DNA from: an uncultured Bacilli bacterium
GTDB lineage: Bacteria; Bacillota_I; Bacilli_A; RF39; UBA660
Assembly: GCA_934141575.1 (NCBI GenBank)
Contig: CAKPCJ010000004.1
Span: 1 to 62,140 of the forward strand
Direction of reading: 5' to 3'
DNA length: 62,140 bases
Position 1 is the first letter of the stretch. Each line of letters starts with the position of its first letter. The position numbers and the translations under genes were made by a program. The notes below the pieces were generated by a model. It had not been told where the DNA came from. It saw only the letters and a list, made by a program, of their open reading frames with translations, and did no database searches. Below are positions 56,828 to 62,140 of this stretch, one piece after another.

Positions 56828-58936
56828 ATGAATAATAATGAAGAAAATATAGATGTTTTAGAAAAATATGGTCGTGATATCATAAAAAACGTCTTAGATG
56901 GAAAAATTGATCCAGTAATTGGACGTGATGAGGAAATTCGTAGTATCACCCGTATTTTATCAAGGAAGACGAAAAATAACCCTGTGTTAATTGGAGAACC
57001 TGGAGTAGGAAAAACAGCAATAGTAGAAGGCTTAGCTAGCAGAATAGTAAAAGGTGATGTACCAAATAGTCTAAAGAATAAGAAAATTTGGGAACTTGAC
57101 CTAGGTGCTCTAGTAGCAGGTGCAAAATATAGAGGAGAATTTGAGGAAAGGTTAAAAGCAGTTCTAAAAAGAGTACAACAAAGCAACGGAGAAATAATCA
57201 TGTTTATAGATGAAATTCACATGATTGTAGGTTCTGGTGCAGAAGGCGCTATGGATACTGGAAATATGCTAAAACCACTTTTAGCTAGAGGTGAAATACA
57301 CTGTATTGGTGCAACAACATTAAATGAATATAGAAAGTATATTGAAAAGGATGGAGCTCTAGAAAGAAGATTCCAAAAAGTTCAAGTAAATGAACCAACA
57401 GTTGAAGATACAATAACAATATTAAGAGGACTAAAGGAAAGATTTGAAGTTTATCATGGTGTAAATATAAAAGACAGTGCTTTAGTAGCAGCAGCAACTC
57501 TTTCAGATAGATACATAACAGATAGATTTTTACCAGACAAAGCAATAGATTTGGTAGATGAGGCATGTGCAACGATAAAAATGCAAATGGATTCAGTTCC
57601 AGTAGAATTAGATACATTAACTAGAAAAATAATGCAACTACAAATTGAAAGGCAAGCTCTAAGAAAAGATAAAGATGAAATATCAAAGAAAAGAGTGCAA
57701 GAAATAGATAAAGAAATAGAAGACTTAAGAGTAGATGAAACAGCATTAAGAAAATCATGGGAAGTAGAAAAAAACATAAACGACCTAGTAAAACAAAAGA
57801 AAGATGAATATGAAAAAACTAAGTTCAAACTAGAACAAGCAGAAAACAACTATGATCTTGAGACAGCAGCAAGATTAAGACATGGAACAATACCAGCGAT
57901 TGAAAAAGAATTATTAGAACTTCAAGACAAACAAAAGAAAGCAGAAATTCTAAGCGACACAGTAACTGAAGAATCAATCGCAGCAATAATATCAAAGTGG
58001 ACTAACATTCCAATACAAAAGTTAGTTAGTGGAGAAAGAGAAAAATTAATTAATTTGGAAAATAGAATGAAAGAAAGAGTAAAAGGACAGGATGAAGCAT
58101 TAAAATTAGTAAGCGATGCAATAATAAGAGCAAGAGCAGGAATAAAAGATCCAAAACGTCCAATAGGTTCATTTATATTTTTAGGTCCAACAGGAGTAGG
58201 AAAAACAGAAGTTGCCAAAACATTAGCATATGAATTATTTGATGATGAGAGACATATGGTAAGAATTGATATGAGTGAATATATGGAAAGTCATTCAGTA
58301 GCAAGATTGATAGGTTCTCCTCCAGGATATGTTGGATATGATGATGGTGGACAACTTACCGAAGCTGTAAGAAGAAATCCCTATAGCATTATATTATTTG
58401 ATGAAATAGAAAAAGCGCATAGAGATGTATTTAATATATTACTTCAAATACTAGATGATGGTAGAATAACAGATTCTCAAGGAAGAACAGTTGATTTTAA
58501 AAATACAATAATAATAATGACATCTAATCTTGGCAGTGAATATATACTTGAAAATAAAGAAAATAGTAATGAATTGGTAATGAATGAACTTAAAAAAACA
58601 TTTAAGCCAGAATTCATTAACAGAATTGATGAAATTATAATATTTAAGTCACTTACAAAAGATGTTGTATACGAAATTCTAGACAAAATAATTAAAGAAA
58701 TAGAATACAGATTACAAGATAAAAGAATAAAAATTTCCTTATCAGATAGTGCAAAAGATTTTATTGTTGATCAATCTTTTGATGAAGCCTATGGCGCAAG
58801 ACCAATAAAAAGATACGTAAGCAAAACTGTAGAAACCATGTTAGCAAATGACATAATCCAAGATAAAATAAAAATGGATGATAATATAATAGTCGATGTT
58901 GATAACGACCATTTAGTTTTAAAAAAGAAGAATTAA
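56828..58936 (+). CDS. clpB: ClpB disaggregase lacking the N-terminal Clp_N domain
   Basis: 702 aa. It begins at ...[34 protein letters not shown], has two AAA+ modules ([13 protein letters not shown] and [12 protein letters not shown]), and a long coiled-coil M-domain between them. Confidence 0.9.
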   Translation: MNNNEENIDVLEKYGRDIIKNVLDGKIDPVIGRDEEIRSITRILSRKTKNNPVLIGEPGVGKTAIVEGLASRIVKGDVPNSLKNKKIWELDLGALVAGAKYRGEFEERLKAVLKRVQQSNGEIIMFIDEIHMIVGSGAEGAMDTGNMLKPLLARGEIHCIGATTLNEYRKYIEKDGALERRFQKVQVNEPTVEDTITILRGLKERFEVYHGVNIKDSALVAAATLSDRYITDRFLPDKAIDLVDEACATIKMQMDSVPVELDTLTRKIMQLQIERQALRKDKDEISKKRVQEIDKEIEDLRVDETALRKSWEVEKNINDLVKQKKDEYEKTKFKLEQAENNYDLETAARLRHGTIPAIEKELLELQDKQKKAEILSDTVTEESIAAIISKWTNIPIQKLVSGEREKLINLENRMKERVKGQDEALKLVSDAIIRARAGIKDPKRPIGSFIFLGPTGVGKTEVAKTLAYELFDDERHMVRIDMSEYMESHSVARLIGSPPGYVGYDDGGQLTEAVRRNPYSIILFDEIEKAHRDVFNILLQILDDGRITDSQGRTVDFKNTIIIMTSNLGSEYILENKENSNELVMNELKKTFKPEFINRIDEIIIFKSLTKDVVYEILDKIIKEIEYRLQDKRIKISLSDSAKDFIVDQSFDEAYGARPIKRYVSKTVETMLANDIIQDKIKMDDNIIVDVDNDHLVLKKKN

Positions 58937-58967
58937 GAGTGACTCGTAAAAAGAATCGCTCTTTTTT
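58936..58967 (+). terminator. Rho-independent terminator of clpB
   Basis: AGAGTGA-13 nt-TCGCTCT followed by TTTTT. Confidence 0.6.
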
Positions 58968-58970
58968 CAT

Positions 58971-58997
58971 AAAAAAACCATATAGAATTCTATATGG
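58971..58997 (-). terminator. Terminator of the glycosyltransferase gene
   Basis: Perfect 20-nt palindrome CCATATAGAATTCTATATGG, followed on the minus strand by TTTTTTT. Confidence 0.7.
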
Positions 58998-59010
58998 AAT
59001 AAAACATAAA

Positions 59011-60042
59011 TTATTTCTTGTTTTCCCTATTTGCATAAATTTTCTTATAGAAAGAATCCCACAAAGCAGCAACATGCTCTTTGCAATAGAATTCACTTAT
59101 TTCTTTTGAAGCAGAACTGTACTTTTGATAATAATCCTTGTCAGTAGCAAGATTTTTAAGTTCCTTAACAAAATCTCTATTATTTTTGCCCTTTATATAC
59201 TTTCCAAATAAAATATCAACATATAAATCTAAATTTCTAAGAAGTAAAGGCTTTTCAATATTCACAGCCTCTAATATTGCCATTGGAAATAATTCGTTAT
59301 AAGAAGGCATAAATAACACATCACATATATTGTACATTTGATTCATTTCATTTCGTGGAATTATTCCAACAAACTTTAGATTAGCAGGGGGATTATCTAC
59401 AAGTTCCTTTAATTCATCATATCCATCAGTAATCTTGCCAAATGAAAAACCTCCACACCAAACAAATTGAAACTCAGGAAGTGCTTTAGCACATTCTACA
59501 AAGTCTTTAACACCTTTTCTGGTTTGAACTTGGCCAACGCCTAGTACAGTAAATTTATTATTTTCCAAACCATACTTTTCTTTAATCTTTAAAACCTCTT
59601 TATCTTTAAGTTTATAAAAATTTTCTTTTGAAACATAATTCGGTATATAAATAATTTTTTCTTTTTTAATGCCATATCTACATAATTCACTTATAAATGT
59701 GGGATTAACTACTACCAAATAATCAGCAGCATTATAAAACTTAATAATATATTTTCTAAATATTTTAGACATTCCCTTTAATAATTTAATACTTCCATCC
59801 AAAGTATCAGGTAAAAAATGAACATAAGCAACTGTCACAGAATTATCAGAAAGCATTTTTAAATAATATGTAGGGTTAACCGTATGACAATGAATTATAT
59901 CGCATTTTTTATTAGAATTAATAAAAACCTCAAAATCTTTATTTTCTTTAACCAATTCCACTTGTTCAAGATATGCACTACTAACGCCTTGACCATCAAC
60001 TTTATCTGCTTGAGAAAGCATATTAATTGTTATTTTCTTCAT
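59011..60042 (-). CDS. GT4-family glycosyltransferase (diacylglycerol glycosyltransferase-like)
   Basis: The ATG at 60042 follows AAAGGAG. GT-B features: VGQVQTRKGV, FVWCGG, and the E-x7-E region MPSYNELFPMAILEA. Confidence 0.75.
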   Translation of the reverse strand: MKKITINMLSQADKVDGQGVSSAYLEQVELVKENKDFEVFINSNKKCDIIHCHTVNPTYYLKMLSDNSVTVAYVHFLPDTLDGSIKLLKGMSKIFRKYIIKFYNAADYLVVVNPTFISELCRYGIKKEKIIYIPNYVSKENFYKLKDKEVLKIKEKYGLENNKFTVLGVGQVQTRKGVKDFVECAKALPEFQFVWCGGFSFGKITDGYDELKELVDNPPANLKFVGIIPRNEMNQMYNICDVLFMPSYNELFPMAILEAVNIEKPLLLRNLDLYVDILFGKYIKGKNNRDFVKELKNLATDKDYYQKYSSASKEISEFYCKEHVAALWDSFYKKIYANRENKK

Positions 60043-60262
60043 TTCGCGCTCCTTTAATAGTAAGTATATTTTAACACAATATGTATACAAAGTAAATAAA
60101 TTAAAAAAATGGAAGATATATCCTTGAAAGAAAAAAATATATATGATATAGTAAAACTAGATTTAATCAACTTATTCCTTATTTCTTTTATGTCCGTATA
60201 CTATTGACCGTTAAGTAATAATAAATATGTTTTTAAATCAATATTACTATAGGAGGTCTGTC

Positions 60263-60415
60263 ATGTACGAAGATAAAAAAATAACTTGCAAAACTTGTGG
60301 TAATGAATTTGTATTTACTGCAGGAGAACAAGAATTCTATGCACAAAAAGGATTACAAGAACCAAAAAATTGTAAAGCTTGCAGAGATGCAAAAAAACAA
60401 CAAGAAAGAAAATAA
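60263..60415 (+). CDS. Small zinc-ribbon protein
   Basis: 50 aa from the ATG after AGGAGG. Contains CKTCGNEFVFTAGEQEFY...CKACR (CxxC...CxxC). Confidence 0.6.
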   Translation: MYEDKKITCKTCGNEFVFTAGEQEFYAQKGLQEPKNCKACRDAKKQQERK

Positions 60416-60440
60416 AAATGCAAATACTTGCATTTTTTTT
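60416..60440. terminator. Bidirectional terminator between the zinc-ribbon gene and cotJC
   Basis: AAATGCAA-atac-TTGCATTT followed by a T-run. Confidence 0.75.
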
Positions 60441-60996
60441 AATATCCTTTATTTTTATAATATTCATATAATTCTTTAAAACGCTCGAAATGAACGACTT
60501 CCCTTTGACGTAAAAATGATAGAACAGAAACAACATCTTGATCAGTTGTTAAATTCATAAGATTTTCATAAACAGCTCTAGCTTTTTGCTCGGCAGCCAT
60601 ATCTTCTTGAATATCCGCAATTACATCTCCAAGTGAATTAATATAAGTTGCGGTAAAAGGAACGCCAGAAGCATTAACTGGGAATATTGCCTTTCCAAAT
60701 GCAGCATAGTAATCATCTAATCCTGCAGCCTTAATTTCATCTATACTAGCATCTTTCATTAACTGATATGCCATAGTAGCAATCATTTCACAGTGACCTA
60801 ATTCTTCAGAACCAATATCTGAGAGTAAAGCTCTACCCCTATCATCAGGCATAGAGAAGCGTTGTACTAAATAACGTAAAGATGCAGCTAATTCACCATT
60901 TCCTCCTCCTAATTGCTCTAACAATAATTTTGCCATCCTCAAATCTTTTTTCTTTATATTAATTGGGTACTCAAGTCTTTTAATATATTTCCACAT
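60439..60996 (-). CDS. cotJC: Spore-coat manganese-catalase-family protein CotJC
   Basis: MWKYIKRLEYPI...GELAASLRYL.QRF...EELGHCEMIA. Confidence 0.9.
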   Translation of the reverse strand: MWKYIKRLEYPINIKKKDLRMAKLLLEQLGGGNGELAASLRYLVQRFSMPDDRGRALLSDIGSEELGHCEMIATMAYQLMKDASIDEIKAAGLDDYYAAFGKAIFPVNASGVPFTATYINSLGDVIADIQEDMAAEQKARAVYENLMNLTTDQDVVSVLSFLRQREVVHFERFKELYEYYKNKGY

Positions 60997-61475
60997 TATT
61001 TATTTCCCTCCCAAGGCCATAAGCTTTCATTCCAACTCCATGGATAAGAATTTAGAGTCTTGCTTGATAAATCAATAGGTCCATACTTGCTTTCATAATC
61101 GCTTAAAAGCCTATTGTATTCATTCTCATATTTATTATAAAGAGATATCATTTCTTTATTATCAGGATGTACATCAAGATATAAATTTAAATCCGTAGTA
61201 GCAAACCCCAACGCCATCAAATTATATAAGTCTTTTTCTTGATTGTTTTTGGGGTTTAATGGAAAAGGTTCCTCTTTAAAATATGGACTATATAAATTTT
61301 TAAACATATTTCCTCTTAATAGACCTTCATATGGAGAATATAAAGCAGGGGCATTAGTATTTTTATAATTTAAGTATTTATTTTGTTGATTACTTATTTG
61401 ATTATTATTTAACATCATATTAGAACCATTATATGGTAATGATGAGTTGTAATACACGAAATCATCGTTGTACAT
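60996..61475 (-). CDS. cotJB: CotJA-CotJB fusion spore-coat protein
   Basis: The N-terminal part carries a CotJA-like motif, YEGLLRGNMFKNLYSPY. The C-terminal part is CotJB (LMALGFATTDLNLYLDVHPDNKEMISLYNKY...YESKYGPI). TAATG overlap with cotJC. Confidence 0.7.
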   Translation of the reverse strand: MYNDDFVYYNSSLPYNGSNMMLNNNQISNQQNKYLNYKNTNAPALYSPYEGLLRGNMFKNLYSPYFKEEPFPLNPKNNQEKDLYNLMALGFATTDLNLYLDVHPDNKEMISLYNKYENEYNRLLSDYESKYGPIDLSSKTLNSYPWSWNESLWPWEGNK

Positions 61476-61552
61476 AAAATTCCTTCCTTTCTGTATATTG
61501 TATGATATATAAAATGATGGCGTAGTAATAATGCCTAATTTATAAAAAAGAC

Positions 61553-61581
61553 TTGAAATTATTGTATAAATTTGATAGAAT
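61553..61581 (+). promoter_or_regulatory. Putative sigma-A promoter of tRNA-His
   Basis: TTGAAA-17 nt-TAGAAT with a TG extension. Confidence 0.5.
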
Positions 61582-61599
61582 ACAAATTGCAGTGATTAT

Positions 61600-61676
61600 G
61601 GCGGTTATGGTGAAGTGGTTAACACGCTGGATTGTGGCTCCAGTATGCGTGGGTTCGATCCCCACTAATCGCCCCA
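61600..61676 (+). tRNA. tRNA-His (anticodon GTG), with encoded G-1 and CCA
   Basis: Manual fold. Acceptor stem GCGGTTA/TAATCGC (one G-U pair), with an extra 5' G pairing with discriminator C73. Anticodon arm CTGGA-TTGTGGC-TCCAG. T-arm GTGGG-TTCGATC-CCCAC. 3' CCA is encoded. Confidence 0.9.
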
Positions 61677-61717
61677 TAAGATAAAATCGTCGCACCAATG
61701 TGACGTTAATAATTAAG

Positions 61718-61742
61718 TCAACTAGTAATAGTTGATTTTTTT
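61718..61742 (+). terminator. Rho-independent terminator after tRNA-His
   Basis: TCAACTA-gtaa-TAGTTGA followed by TTTTTTT. Confidence 0.75.
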
Positions 61743-62006
61743 GTTTGTTATTGCAAAGAAAAGCGCGATATAATTAAGAGTAAAATCTCTATTGCTGATT
61801 AGCAAAGAGTTAACTTAGAGTTTGTATATCCTTTTAAAGGATTAAATGTCATGCTTGTGGAAGAATAATGAAATGTAAAGTCCTGGATGCAAGAAAAAAT
61901 ATATGTATTACAATCGTGAGAAATGACATTTAAACTATCATGAAGGTAAAATTGAATATTTAAAATTTCAAAATACTACACTTAAAAATGTATATCTAAA
62001 AATAAT

Positions 62007-62034
62007 AAAGACAATGCCAACAAGCATTGCCTTT
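62007..62034 (-). terminator. Terminator for a minus-strand gene entering from the right edge
   Basis: On the minus strand, AAAGGCAATGC-ttgttg-GCATTGTCTTT (one mismatch) followed by a U-rich tract, 12 nt past the putative stop at 62047. Confidence 0.45.
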
Positions 62035-62046
62035 ATTAGATTACAA

Positions 62047-62140
62047 TTAATTAAAATTTTTCTTACAATATTTATTATATACTAACATTTGTAGTAATAT
62101 ACTAAATGATAAAATTGCAGCAACTATTCTTAAATTATTT
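62047..62140 (-). CDS. Possible 3' end of a gene extending beyond the window (30 codons visible)
   Basis: This is the only open minus-strand frame at the edge: NNLRIVAAILSFSILLQMLVYNKYCKKNFN-stop. A terminator hairpin follows. Confidence 0.3.
   Translation of the reverse strand, partial: NNLRIVAAILSFSILLQMLVYNKYCKKNFN

Noticed and set aside
56788-58686. Several 69-137-aa minus-strand ORFs inside clpB.
   Set aside because: They are shadow frames of a highly conserved AAA+ gene.
60109-60207. A 32-codon ORF (MEDISLKEKNIYDIVKLDLINLFLISFMSVYY) in the GT4/zinc-ribbon intergenic region.
   Set aside because: It has no Shine-Dalgarno sequence (preceded by AAATTAAAAAA). It is within the length expected by chance.
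60297-60536. Two overlapping 60-73-aa ORFs (60297..60479 on the plus strand, 60315..60536 on the minus strand) around the zinc-ribbon gene and terminator.
   Set aside because: They run through a strong bidirectional terminator and into cotJC. They have no ribosome-binding sites. The zinc-ribbon frame (AGGAGG plus CxxC pairs) explains the region.
61868-61933. A 21-codon ORF downstream of tRNA-His.
   Set aside because: It has only a weak GGAAG ribosome-binding site and is not hydrophobic or toxin-like. It is kept as a note under the non-coding-region finding rather than as a feature.
1-62140. Search by eye for CRISPR arrays, IS elements or transposases, integrases, phage structural genes, rRNA, and long direct or inverted repeats.
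   Set aside because: None was found. No regularly spaced repeats and no recombinase-like ORFs are present. The only repeats seen are short operator-like motifs and terminator palindromes.
61677-62140. Possible att-site duplication of the tRNA-His 3' end, which would indicate an integrated element.
   Set aside because: No copy of the tRNA 3' segment (only a 5-nt AATCG match) occurs downstream within the window. This cannot be excluded beyond 62140.

Overview
This 62.1-kb window is a chromosomal segment from a very AT-rich, endospore-forming Firmicute. By eye the G+C content is well under one third. TGA is used as a stop codon, so the standard genetic code applies. I support about 70 protein genes, one tRNA (His), and a set of intrinsic terminators, promoters and operator-like sites.

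Most of the content is core housekeeping:
- Central metabolism and cell wall: fba-murA, rpmE, rpiB, gpmI, lgt, queH.
- Division and shape: mreB, ftsEX with a coiled-coil M23 hydrolase, an FtsW/RodA-type protein.
- Translation and replication: rsmA-yabG-veg, rpsF-ssb-rpsR-rplI-dnaB, rlmH.
- Sporulation: spoIID, a degenerate-M23 SpoIIQ-like gene, spoIIID, yabG, spo0A, cotJ.
- Stress and transport: clpB, a P-type Ca-ATPase, a ZIP transporter.

I saw no transposase, integrase, prophage module, CRISPR array or rRNA. There is therefore no obvious horizontally acquired island and no textbook defence system.

The items most worth a second look are:
1. An agr-type quorum-sensing locus whose 43-codon AgrD precursor (16154..16285, minus strand) is missing from the ORF track.
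2. An alanine racemase translationally coupled (TAATG) to an uncharacterised ATP-grasp ligase, divergent from a TagO/WecA-type transferase.
3. A five-gene ABC module with three divergent ABC-2-like permease paralogs, one of them split by a frame break.
4. A naturally N-domain-less ClpB behind a near-perfect CIRCE operator, which is a Mollicutes/Erysipelotrichia-like trait.
5. A CotJA-CotJB fusion gene.
6. A thioredoxin-reductase-like flavoprotein lacking both NADPH-binding motifs.
7. A membrane-anchored PTS EIIB-like domain with Cys replaced by Ser, next to an orphan histidine kinase with degenerate ATP-lid glycines.
8. Two operons of unknown function: a 644-aa orphan protein with a DEDDh exonuclease, and a 151-aa protein with a TM-anchored helicase-IV-like protein.

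All functional calls come from recognising motifs in the translated ORFs. No database search was run.
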